The notes beneath the pieces are model-generated. The model did no database searches and was not told the DNA's origin. It worked only from the letters and a program-made list of their open reading frames with translations. The position numbers were made by a program, and so were the translations under genes. From Hemiscyllium ocellatum (taxonomy: Eukaryota), in contig NC_083412.1 of NCBI RefSeq assembly GCF_020745735.1, positions 59,362,320 to 59,426,319 on the forward strand: 64,000 nucleotides of DNA. The letters run 5' to 3'. Shown here piece after piece: positions 37,730-49,380 of this stretch. How positions within the stretch are numbered: the first letter of the stretch is position 1; each line of letters opens with the position of its first letter.

Positions 37730-38420
37730 AATTGGGAAAGGGGATGCAACAAGACCAGGGTGTTCTTGTACATGAGCCATTGAAAGTAGGCATGCAGGTT
37801 CTAAAGAGGGCAATGGGTATGTTGGCCTTCATAGTGAGAGGATTCAAGTATAGGAGCAGCGATGTTTGCTGCAATTGCACAGAGGCTTGGTGAGACCGTA
37901 CCTAGAGTTTTGGTCTCCTTATCTGAGGAAGGATGTTCTAACTAAGGACAAAGTGAAATAAAACTGTACCAGATTGATTTCTATGATGGCAGGGCTGAAG
38001 CAAGACAGGATTGGTTAAGGACTATACTCACTGGTGTTTAGAAGAAACCTATAAATTATGAACAGGCCAAGGCAAGTTAGCATAGGAAGGATGTTCCTGG
38101 TGACTGGGGAGTCCAGGTTCAGGGGTCACATTTTAAGGATATAGGATAGGCCACTTAGGGCAGAGATGAGGAAATATTTCTTCAAGCAGAGTGTGGTGCA
38201 CCTGTGGAATTCGCTGCCACAGAAAGCAGTTGAGGCCCAAATATTGAATGTTTTCAAGAAGACATTAGGTATAGTTCTTAGGGCTAATTTGATCATAGAG
38301 CACGAGGAGAAAATAGGAATAGAATATTGAGTTGGATGGTTAACCATGGTCATATTGAAATGGCAGAGCAGATCTAAATGGTCAAATTTTCAACTCCTGC
38401 CCTTATTTTCATGTTTCTAT
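37730..38420 (+). mobile_element. CR1 LINE 3' fragment
   Basis: DQGVLVHEPLKV... region through a CR1-like tail. Confidence 0.7.
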
Positions 38421-38574
38421 GGGCAAAGCTGGCTAGATCAGCCCTTACTGTGCTTCCCCAATTGCCATTGAGAAGGTAGTGCTGGGTTGAATTCTTGAAT
38501 GACTGTAGTCCATTTGTTGCTGATATGCCCATAATGTTGTCAGAGACATAGATTTTGTATCAGCAATAATGAAG

Positions 38575-38755
38575 AAATCGAGAGTGTGGCACTGGAAAAG
38601 CACAGCAGGTCAGGCAGCATCGGAGGAGCAGGAGAATCAACGTTTCGGGCAAAAGCCCTTCATCAGGTCTCCTGCACCTCAGATGCTGCCTGACCTGTTG
38701 TGCTTTTCCAGTATCACACTCACAACAAATCTCCAGCATCTGCAGTCCTTACTTT
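38575..38755. repeat. Short hairpin PLE-derived element with central hammerhead core
   Basis: Arms ctggaaaagcacagcaggtcaggcagcatc / gatgctgcctgacctgttgtgcttttccag flank CUGAUGA-AGGGC(UUUU)GCCC-GAAAC on the minus strand (38636-38668). Confidence 0.75.
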
Positions 38756-39794
38756 AGCCAATAATGAAGAAATACCAACATAGTTCAAAGTCAGGTTAGA
38801 GAATGGCTTTAGAGGAGAATTACTAACAGTGGAGTTCCCATGTATCTGCTGACCCTGTACTTCTAGGTTGTAGAAATCACTGGTTTGGAAGGTGATGTCC
38901 AAAGACAAAAACAGAAATCGCTGGAGAAGCTCTGCAGATCTAGCAGTAGCTGTGGAGAGAAAACAGATTAAACATTTTGATCCAGTGATGATTCTTCAGA
39001 ACAGTTTTGAAGAACAGTTTCTCCTGAAATTTATGTTTTTGTTTCAGATTTCCACTACTTGCATTTTTTTTATTTTGTGGTGTCTAAGGAGCTGTGGCAA
39101 GTTGTTGCTGTGTCTTTTGCAGTACACACTGCTGACACCGTGTGTTCATGTATAGGGAGTGAATATTGCAGCCGTGAGATGGGGTGCCAATCAAACAGGT
39201 TGCTTTGACCTGGATGGTGTCAAGCTTCTTGAGTGCTGTTGACCATGCTCTGAGATGTTGGAGATTGCTGTCCAAGATGGAGGCACAGAGGAATAAACAG
39301 CAAGATGGAATCACCAGATTACTGCTCTGACTTTCATGTCAGGACTTGACCCTATCTAGTTTCCTTCCATTCATTGGGGCTAAAGGAAACTACACATCAA
39401 TGAGGTGGAATTAGATAGTAATGGCATGCTATTACATGCAAATGGGTGTAAATACCCCTCTAGTTGCTTAATACCAAGATTCTTGTCTTGCCATTAAAAA
39501 CTGATGAATCTCTTTTGTTGATGCCAAGAATCTAATTTCTGCCATTTCCCCAAATGACTCATCAATGCTCATGTTGTTCAGGGCTGGGAGGATTCTACCA
39601 ATGGTGCTATCTCGAAGAACAGTGAGGGAGTAATCCCTACTGGCCAAGCCAATAATTACCCCACAACAACTATCACAACAAGAAGTACTGTGACCCTTTT
39701 AGCTCTGGCTGAAGGGGAAACCTATGAAAAGGCATTACAGAGATGCTGTGCACATGGAATTGGGCACAAAGTGAGTCAGATTAAGTGAAGGGTA

Positions 39795-41425
39795 GACAGA
39801 TCGGAGGCTGGAAAAACACAGCAAGCCGGGCAGCATCAGAGGTGTAGAAATTGACATTTCGGGTGTAACCCTTCTTCAGGACTGGGGGTGGCTGTAGGGG
39901 CATCTGCAGATAAAGGGAGTAGTGCAGGCAGGGTGCCGAAGTGGGGATAGGTGAAGACAGGCAGAAAGTATGACCTGGTTGGTCAATGGGGGAATAGATC
40001 CAGTTGGTGGCTGGGAGGAGTGGAAGGGACAGAGAGGGGCTGGGAAGAGTGTCTGGGATGGAGAGGGAGGTATTTCAAATTGGAGAACTCAATGTTGAGT
40101 CCTCTGGGCTGTTGGGTGCCCAGGCGGAAGATAAGTGTTGTTCATCCAATAGGCGCTGTATTTGTTTTGGCAATGGAGGAGGCCAAGGATGATCATGTCG
40201 GAAAGGGAATGGGTGGGGGAACTGAAATGGGCGGAGACTGGGAGGTCCAATCGGCCCCTGTGGACCCGGCTGCGATGCTGAGTTTATGTTCAGTCTCCCC
40301 GATGTTGAGAAGATCACACTGGGAGCACCCGATGCAGTAAACTAGGGTGGAAGAGAGGCAGGTGAACCCCTGTCTCACTTGGAAGGACTATTTGGACCCC
40401 TGGATGGAAGTGAGGGGGTGCTCTACTGGCACGTCTTGCACCTTTCCTAGTCGCAGGGAAGGTACCTGTATGTTCGGTGGCAGGGGTGGCGTGAACCAAC
40501 GAGTGTCGGAGGGAACAGTCCTTATGGAATGCAGAGAGGGATGGAGAGAGGAAGATGTTCTTAGTGATGGGCTCTAGTCGGAGTTAGCAGAAATGTTTGA
40601 GGAAGATGCGTTGAATGCGGAGACTATTGGGGTCCAACGCATCCAACACGTCATCCTCAAACACTTCCACTAGACCCCAACACTAAGAACATCTTCCCCT
40701 CCCCATCCCTCTCTGCATTCCACAAGGACCGTTCCCTCTGACACTCCTTGGCTCATGCCACCCCCGCCACCGAACATCCAGGTACCTTCTCCTGCAACCA
40801 GAAAAAAATGCAAAACTTGCCAGTACACATCAGGTGCTCCCGATGTGGCCTTCTCTACACTGGGGAGACCAAAAGTAAGCTTAGGGAAAGCTCACCGAGC
40901 ATCATAGCCTGGTCCACAGGGGCCTACTGGACATCCCAGTGACCACCCATTTTAATTCCCCTTCCCACATCCTTTCCAACATGTCCATCCTTGGCCTACT
41001 CCATTGCCAAAATCAAGGCACCTGTTGGAGGAACAACACCTTATCTTCCGCCTAGGCACCCTACAGCCCAGAGGACTCAACACTGAGTTCTCTAATTTCA
41101 ATTAACCTCCCTTTCTATCCTCTGACTCCCCTACCAGCTCCTCCCCCACCCCCCACTGCTCCCTGCCACCAACCAGATTCACTCCTCCCATTGACCAACC
41201 AGGTCGTACCTTCTGCCTGTCTTCACCTACCCCCCTTGACCACCCTAACCCCACCTCCCTCTTTTATCTTCAGCTCCTCCCCACTCCCACCCCAGTCCTG
41301 AAGGAGGGTTACAACTGAAATGTGGACTTCTCCACCTCCTGAGCTGCCTGGCTTGTTGTGTTCTCCCAGCCCCCTGCTTGTCTACCTTGGGTTCCAGCAT
41401 CTGCAGTTTTTTTTTGTCTCTAGTC
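39795..41425. mobile_element. Two degenerate Penelope-like 3' fragments in inverted (head-to-head) arrangement
   Basis: Minus arm about 39795-40625, plus arm about 40632-41425; both carry GIY-YIG remnants (CSRCGLLYTGET) and pLTR ends. Confidence 0.75.
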
Positions 41426-41849
41426 AGATTAAGAGAGGAGTCCTGAGATAGAGGCTGGTCAGTTAGAGCAATATCAAATTGTGTTTTGTGGGTTCTTGCT
41501 GGAATTTCTTACATTAAAATCACGATTACAATCTAAAAACTTCATTACAAAACACTGTGAAGTGTTTTGTAATGAAGTGCTACATAAATGCAAGTGTTTC
41601 CAATACTGTCACAAGAATGCGATTTGGAATTGTTTACATCCCCAAGAGAGTAGATAGGGCCCTGGTTTACCATCTCATCTGAAAGATGGATAGCTCAAAC
41701 TCCCTCGCTGAAGTGACAACGTGAGATGATCTCCTCGACTTCGATTTGAATTCACAACCTTCTACCTCAGCGATGTGGGCCCTACCAGCTGAGACAAGGC
41801 TGCTGCTTACTGATATGTTGATTTTTCTGTTCGCTGTACAGATATTCCT

Positions 41850-42420
41850 AAATAATTGCAACATTTTGTGCAAGTTTGGCAGACTCGTGAACGCGCATGG
41901 AGATGACATAAAAAGGGTAGACTTCTTGTCACTTGCCCTCCGATCCTGCACTGGCAGCACCTTGCAGACACTTCTGCCTGAAATGCCTCTTGGAAAACTC
42001 TTGAGCATTGAGCATCGACCAAGCGCTTTCTGGGATCGACCTGAGTGTGGGAACTGCTGGTTGGCTTGGCTCAGCTGTCAATCACAAAGGAAGTTAGGGC
42101 GGTGAGGAGTTAGAGTGAATAGTTTGGAAGTTTCTGTTGGAAACTTTACTCTGGACCAGCGGTGTTCTTTGTTCGGATTTTAAACAATGGAGAAAACCGA
42201 AAGAAACAAAGTTATGGAAAGTTGGTGGAGTCGGTGGTTGTGGTTGAGTGAATAGCAGGGATTGCGTTACGAGTCGAGACCAGGTTAATTTATATTTAGC
42301 TGACGGGAAATCGGCTGTTTCATGTTAGATGGTGGTCCGCACTATAATGTCAATCACTGTCGCAATTTAATGAATGATGGCAAAGTCTTTCGAAATATAT
42401 CGATTTTAAACATTTGACAA
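41850..42420 (+). promoter_or_regulatory. Relatively CpG-rich region, probable TRIM45 promoter / non-coding first exon
   Basis: Visible CpG enrichment against a depleted background, GC-box-like AGGGCGG near 42096, possible donor CAG|gttaat near 42284. Confidence 0.4.
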
Positions 42421-42717
42421 CAAAGCCTAACGCTATATTCAAGTTAAAAATACCATTCTGCGGCTGGAAACATGTCTTGAATTTTTAGCCACCTTCCTGT
42501 GAATGGACTAGGATTTTTTTGGGAATATTTAATACATGTTTGCGAGCCTACAATATTCATCAATGGGCAGCTTAAGTAAAAAGCAGAAATAATTAACATT
42601 TCAGATCTTACTTAACCAACTAGAATACTTAAGTTTGTGTTTTGGTTTTTGAGATGTTGAATATACATAGCATTTAGGAATTTGAATTAGATTTAGTTGT
42701 GTGCATATTATCCAAAA

Positions 42718-43148
42718 ATGTCAGAGAGTCAGGAAAATACCTTTGGACCAAGTTCAAGGAGCTGCAGGACAAAGTGTTCGATTTGTAAAAACATGTACAC
42801 TGACCCAAGGGTCTTGCCTTGTCTTCATACATTCTGCCTGGATTGTGTGAGTGGCTTAGAGCAGTTCTCCATTGCCAGGACTCAGAGGGAGGATGAGTCT
42901 TGGTCACTCAACTGCGCCGAGCCTGGGACCTGTATCCTGTGTCCAGTCTGTGACTGTGAAGTGAATGTACCTGCTGCTGGTCTGCGAGAACTGACCAGCA
43001 ACCATCTCATTCAGAATGAAGTTTTCCTGGAAGGTCTGAGGAGACCTGACTACCGGCTGGTCTGTGATCTTTGTAACGATGGGAATGCTGAAACAAGGTG
43101 TCACATCTGCTCAACAAATCTCTGTGACTTCTGCTCTAAAGCACACAG
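42718..43148 (+). CDS. TRIM45: TRIM45 first coding exon (RING + B-box 1)
   Basis: C3HC4 RING CSICKNMYTDPRVLPCLHTFCLDC...CPVC; B-box CDLC...CHICSTNLCDFCSKAH; AG|gtaaaa donor, phase 2. Confidence 0.88.
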
Positions 43149-43491
43149 GTAAAACCCAGCTCTTTGGGGATGTTACCGGTTTCTGTTAAAGTTTTGTTTA
43201 TCATGTCTGTCAAACAATGATTCTGATGAACTAACTATTTGTTATTGGGAGAGGCGAAGTAGCTAGAGTGTTTTAATCCCTGGAGTGTGGGAGGCTGTGG
43301 GGTGACCTTCTAGATGTTTATAAAATCATGAGGGGTGGGGTGTAGAAAGGGTGGAGGAGTTCAAAAATGGAGGGTGTCAGCTTAAGGTGAGAGGGGAAAG
43401 CTTTAAAAAGGACCTGAGGCGTAACTTTTTTCAATCAGAGGTTTGTGCGTGTATGAAATGAGCGGCCAGAGGAAGTGGTGGAATTACAATT

Positions 43492-43850
43492 AGGGTGGCA
43501 CAGTTGTTTGCACTGTTGCCTCAGAGCACTAGGGACTCAGGTTCGAATCCATCCCTGGGCAACTGTTTTTGTGGAGTTTACACATTTTCCTGTATCCACA
43601 TGGATTTTCTCCAGGTACTCTGGTTTCCTCCCTCAGGCCAAAGATGTGCAGGCTAGTTGGATTGGTCATGGTTAATTACCCATGATGTCCAGGGATGTGC
43701 AGGCTAGGTGGATTGGTCATGGTTAATTACCCATGATGTCCAGGGATGTGCAGGCTAGGCGAATTGGTCATGGTTGATTACCCATGATGTCCAGGGATGT
43801 GCAGGCTAGGTGGGTTAGCCATGGGAAGTGCAGGATTATGGCGACAGGCT
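43492..43850 (+). mobile_element. V-SINE variant with internal 51-bp tandem triplication
   Basis: SINE head followed by units starting at 43643, 43694, 43745 and a partial unit at 43796. Confidence 0.75.
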
Positions 43851-43999
43851 ATGAGGCATGGGTCTGTGTGGGGAGCAGGGCTGAAGAAGGTCTTCTGCCC
43901 GAAACGTTGATTCTCCTGCTCCTTTGATGCTGCCTGACCTGCTGCGCTTTTCCAGCAATACATTTTTAAGTTTAATACTTAGCCAGACAAGCAAATAAT

Positions 44000-44900
44000 A
44001 AGGCAAATGATGCAAAGTGCATCAAAGTAGATTTTGAAGAGTCTTTTAACTTATGATATCAAGGTAGAGATTGAAATCTAGAGTTTCGGTCCCAGGTAGC
44101 TGAAGGCACAGTCACCATGATGGAACAGTTAGGACTGGAAATGCTGAAAGCAAGAAACTAGAACTAGAGGACAGCAGGAAGGTGGGACTGGAAGAGCTTG
44201 CAGGGATAGGCGGGGTGAGGCTATATGTGAGAATAAATATCTGAGGGTTCGGTGGCTGGGGGAGATAAGGAGATGAGACCATAGAGTGATTTGAAAGTGA
44301 GAATATGTATTTCAAAATAGAGGTGTTATTTAACCCCAACCCAATATAGTCCAAAAATCACCAGATTGGACATGAAGGGGAGGTTTGTTAGGGCTGATCT
44401 CAGGGTAACAAAGCAGATAGATGAAGTCTTTGCATAATTTGAGCTGAAACAGTGGTGAGGGTCAGATGATGTTACAGTCTGAATGATGCTGTGAATGCAT
44501 GGATTGGAGCTGATCTTGGCATCAGGTGTGACAAGCAGACCTCACTTTTTACTGTGACAAGAGGTTATGTACATCTGGTTTACTATTATACGTTTGGATG
44601 GTGCTGGGTGGTAGAGTTATTGACAGGGAATGAATGCAATGGTTTTGGTCTTTATAATATTCAGAAGGAGAACAGACAGTCTAACGCTGGAGAGGTCACG
44701 AGAAGTTGTGGTTGATAAAGCTGAGTCTCGTTGTTTGGATGATGTACCTCACTGACAGCCTGTATAAAAGAATAGGAAGGGGCGAGGTCTGAAGTGTTCA
44801 GAAGCACCAGAGGTGGTAGTGTGGGACTGGGAAGATAAGCCACTGCAAGTAGTTCTCTGACATTGATTTGAATAGTGATGTCCACATCCCATGAGTGAAT
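44000..44900 (-). mobile_element. Old L2-like LINE fragment
   Basis: gtagctgaaggcacagtcacc..., recognisable as the minus strand of an L2-type 3' region. Confidence 0.45.
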
Positions 44901-46569
44901 AATTAAAAGGTCTTTGTCCCAGGAATCAACCCAGTGAGCCTTCTGTGAACTGCCTCCAATGAAATCTATATCTCTTTAATGAGAAGTTCAAAACTGTACA
45001 CAGTACCCTAGGGTGGTCTCATCAGTGCCCTAATGTGTTGGAGCGATACGTACCTACTTACATATTACAGCCCATTTGCAATAATAGTCATTGTTCCATT
45101 TCCTATTCTAATTACTTGCTGTAACATATGGTGACACCCAGATCTCTCTGTACTGCAACATTCTTCCAGCTTTCCACTTTAAAATATTATGCTGCTCTTC
45201 TTCCTACCAGCGTGAATAATTTTTGATTTCTCCCACAAAATGCTTTTGCTAAATTTATCCCACTTAACTAACTAGCCTATGTTTTCCAGCTTTCTGTTCC
45301 CTTCTCTTCTGGATAGGAGTTTTACATTTGTCATTTTCCAATCACCTGGGAACTTTTCAGAATTTAGGGAATTTTGGAAGATTACAATCTATACATCTCT
45401 TATCTCTGCAGGAACTTTGTCTGTCAGCTGTTAGACTCACGAGTTTGTCTATTACTGTTTCTCAAGTGATTGTCTGAAATCCTCCCACCTTTTTGCCTCC
45501 TGGTTTTCTTCTACTATAGAGATGGTTATAATTATTTTCTCACAAGAATTTGAGATTTTACAAAAAAAAACTGCTGGAGAAACTCACCAGGTCTGGCAGT
45601 GTCTGTGGAGGGAGATACAGAGACAACCTTTTAAATCCCATTCTACTCTTCAGTAGAACTGAAGGGGGCTGGAAAAGTGAGCCTTGTGTTCCATTTTCAT
45701 TCTGTGGGTGGAAAGGTAAGAGTGGTGATGGCAGAAAATGTAATTGAAATCTAATCTTGTCTGCATTTCTCTCTGGGTTTTCAAACTGCTCAAATTTATA
45801 AAAATTATATCACACACCTATAATTGAAGAATATGAAGTTTTGCAATGTAACACTATTATCCTATACTATACCTGTACTGAAGTCTGATTCCCTTGCTGT
45901 TGATGTAAGAACATTGAAGCATAGTCTGATACGACAGTGTCCACCTGCAAGAGACAGTCAAAACATAAAGATTCAAAAAGGACAATACGTGATTCACTGT
46001 TTTTAATGTTTCTGTGAGTTATACTGCTTGAACGTGTGTAATTTTGTTTTGATAATATGTTTAATTGAATTTCACCAGCAGCTTCCCCTACTTTGCAAAC
46101 AGAATGAATGTTAATGTGGTAGAAAAGCCGTAAATTAATGAGTGAAAATGAGTCATTCACCTGTTAGCCAGCTTTGATAGACAATGGACTGGATGCTGGC
46201 AGGTGAGACTAGATTGGGTTGGGATATCGGCATGCACGAGTTGGACCGAAGGGTCTGTTTCTATGCTGTACGACTCTATGACTCTAAGGTAGAATTAACA
46301 TTTTCGTCCCAAGTCTCATCCATTTACTAGTTTTCCATTGCTAATAGTATAATATATTAATATTTACTTAAGACAGTTTGTTTTATATACTTATGGAAGC
46401 TCACTGCCTTTTGTATTGATGTATTTTGCATTTAGTTTCCTTATCTATTTTTCAATTTTTTTTTTACAATCTCCCTTGGTTTGTTTCAAAACTGTTCCTA
46501 ACTTCTTGCCAACCTCTAATTTCTGAAATTAACATGGTCATTCTAACAAATGAGAACCTTTAACAAACA

Positions 46570-46780
46570 ATCCAGGGCTTTTTTCAATGTATAATTTCAG
46601 TTACATCACACTGTAAACCTTTGCTATAAATTCTGTGTCTTACAATCTTATACTCCACAACCACCTGATGAAGGAGCAGCGCTCCGAAAGCTAGTGCTTC
46701 CAATTAAACCTGTTGGACTATAACTTGGTGTTGTGTGATTTTTAACTTTGTATACAACACCGGCATCTCCAAATCATGTT
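46570..46780 (+). mobile_element. Terminal fragment of a third PLE-like family (hammerhead-bearing)
   Basis: Homologous decayed copies at about 35860-35980 (+) and 36010-36150 (-). Confidence 0.6.
46662..46696 (+). ncRNA. Minimal type-I hammerhead ribozyme motif in a PLE-derived terminus
   Basis: CAC-CUGAUGA-A-GGAGC(AGC)GCUCC-GAAAG-CUA/GUG. Core intact, stems I and II paired, palindromic AGCU stem III. Confidence 0.75.
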
Positions 46781-46984
46781 TAATTTCCACAGTATTTTAC
46801 ACTTGTTTTCCATTTAATGCCATCCATAACTTCCTTAGTCAGCCACTATGGTTTATTCTTCTGGCTGAGTCTTTCTTTCTCAGCAAAATATATCTTTGTT
46901 GAGCATTATGATGTGAGTCATGATCATTTTAGAAATAAATGTATGTAATTAAAAATATAAAAACATTCTGGTCATCATATTAGT

Positions 46985-47297
46985 GGGCGGCACGGTGGCA
47001 CAGTGGTTAGCACTGCTGCCTCACAGCGCCTGAGACCCGGGTTCAATTCCCGACTCAGGCGACTGATTGTGTGGAGTTTGCACGTTCTCCCCGTGTCTGC
47101 GTAGGTTTCCTCCGGGTGCTCCGGTTTCCTCCCACAGTCCAAAGGTGTGCGGGTCAGGTGAATTGGCCATGCTAAATTGCCCGTAGTGTTAGGTAAGGGG
47201 TAAATGTAGGGGTATGGGTGGGTTGCGCTTCGGCGGGTCGGTGTGGACTTGTTGGGCTGAAGAGCCTGTTTCCACACTGTAAGTAATCTAATCTAAT
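46985..47297 (+). mobile_element. V-SINE
   Basis: Near-consensus copy ending about 40 nt before the TRIM45 exon 2 acceptor. Confidence 0.88.
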
Positions 47298-47337
47298 ATT
47301 GTTAAAGCTCTAAAACAAATCTCTTCACCCCCTGCAG

Positions 47338-48074
47338 GAGACAGAAGATGACTGCTTCTCACAATACAGTGGCACTAACAGACCTACAAGGTGGAAATGA
47401 GAGAGTCAGTAAGTCCATTATGTGCTCTGCTCATCCTGCAGAGGAGCTGAGGCTGTTTTGTGAGACATGTGATCGTTTGGTATGCAGGGATTGTTGTGTG
47501 GTGGATCACCGTGATCATAACTGTGATTTTGTCATGAGTGTCATTAACAAACATGGCGGCTTCATCAGGCAACTTCTGAAGCAAACACAACCGCATATTT
47601 CTGGATTGCAGGAGACTTTGCAAAGGATTGCAGATACAAGGCAGCTGGTGCAAAAGCGACTGAGAACTGTGACTGAAGAAATTAATCAGTTTACAGAGGA
47701 TTATATCAGGGCATTGGAGAAACATCGGAGCAGGCTTTTGAAAGAACTGGAAGAGCTGAGGATCCAGAAGGAGAACTCCCTGAATCTTCAGCAGATCCAG
47801 TTACAACAGATCCTGGCAGATATGAAGACTGGAGTGGATTTCACTGAGCACTTGCTCACCAGTGGCTCTCCTGTGGAAATCCTTCTGACCAAACCTGTGG
47901 TGGTCAACCGTTTGAAGCTGCTGAATAAGACAAGTTACAGCACTCACCCCAGAGAGGATGATGGAGTACAATTCCAGCAACAGGAGAAAGCAGGACAGTG
48001 CGACGGATTTGAGGTATTCGGAATCATTGTCACAAAGACACTTGATCCCAGTAAGTGTCTCCTTCAGGGTGAAG
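47338..48074 (+). CDS. TRIM45: TRIM45 exon 2 (B-box 2 + coiled coil + start of filamin repeat)
   Basis: cctgcag acceptor, G|gtaagt donor; CSAHPAEELRLFCETCDRLVCRDCCVVDHRDHNC followed by a long heptad region; phase 2 to 1. Confidence 0.9.
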
Positions 48075-48599
48075 GTAAGTGAGAGAAAGATGATCACAAC
48101 TTTTCAACTGTGGAATTCCTTTTAAAAGCGTTTGAAATATTCTTCCTCTTCAAATGGATTTAGGTGCAGTGTGAGAATTGAGGATCATGTTACAGACTTC
48201 AGTGTGAGGTTGTAGCCAAATGGAATGGTGGAAGTGCTAAATATGAAATAAGGACCGTCCATTCGGATGTCTAGCAAATAAAGCATTGAGAAAGTCTGTG
48301 ATAAAGAAAGTAGGTAATGCTGGTGGTCCCAGGGTGGTAACATGCTGGACGTGTTATGAAGGTAAATCAAGGCCACATCTGTTTTCCAGGTTTGCTTAGC
48401 ACTATAACGAATGGGTGAAAAAAGAATATCTTGTAGACTTGGACATTTACAGCACAGAAGCAAGCCATTTTGCCCGTAATGTCTTCCCCCACCAACAAAG
48501 ATCTGATTACACTAATCTCACATTCCATCTCTTGGTCCATAAGCCTTGAATCTATTGCACTACAAGTAAATATGGAACTACAAATTAAATATGACAAGT

Positions 48600-49380
48600 A
48601 TTTCTGACTCAACCAGCCTTTCAGGCCCTAAGTTCCAGATTCCTGCCATCCTTTGGTTGAGAAGCATTATCCTTGACTCTCTTCTTAGTCTCCTATCTTT
48701 TACCTTAAATTTATGGCACCTGGATATTGACCTAATTTCTAATGAGAAGAAGTGCCTTTGTATCCATCCCATTTATGCCCCTTAAAACCCTGTATACACC
48801 CCTACGTAGTCCTTTCTCAATCTTTACTACTTGAAGAAGAACAGTTCTAGCCTTTCCAATTTTTCCTCATGGCTCAGCTAAGTTTCCTCCTGATAAATCT
48901 CCTTTGCATCCTTTCTAGTGACTAGAACTGCCTGTGATACTCTGGTTGTGACCTAACCAGTGTTTTATACAGCGGAGTTATTTCAGCCTGACCTCCTTGC
49001 TTTTGTATTCTGTACCTCGCTAATAAAGGCAAGTATCTTATATGCCTTCTTAATCACTTTATCACAAACCTTGCGTCTTTCAGGGAATCTGTGAGCATGC
49101 ACACTGAGGTCTCTCTGATTTTCAGTATGTGCTCAGGTCCCAGCATTCCACGTGTGTGCTTTGCATTGTTAGCCCTCACTAAATGCATTAACCAGCTGAA
49201 TTCCAGGCTGCATTCCTTTTGCCATTGCTGCATAATTGGTGTCCTCCTATAGTTTATGGCTATTCTCCTCACTTTTTACCACACTACCAGTTTCTCTGTC
49301 ATCCACAAACCTCTGATCATACCCCCTACATTTAAACCAAATCATTAACGTGCATCTCCACAGCAAGGGCCCCAATATTG
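48600..49380 (-). mobile_element. Old CR1 LINE 3' fragment
   Basis: Degenerate RT tail in minus frames (SRCHKFKVK...QRMAGIWN). Confidence 0.6.

Noticed and set aside
28000-39700. Search for a second V or C1 gene (paired receptor)
   Set aside because: No Ig-like Cys/Trp pattern in any listed ORF or by eye; very degenerate remnants cannot be excluded without a profile search
43643-43825. Regularly spaced direct repeats resembling a CRISPR array
   Set aside because: Contiguous tandem units without unique spacers, inside a eukaryotic SINE
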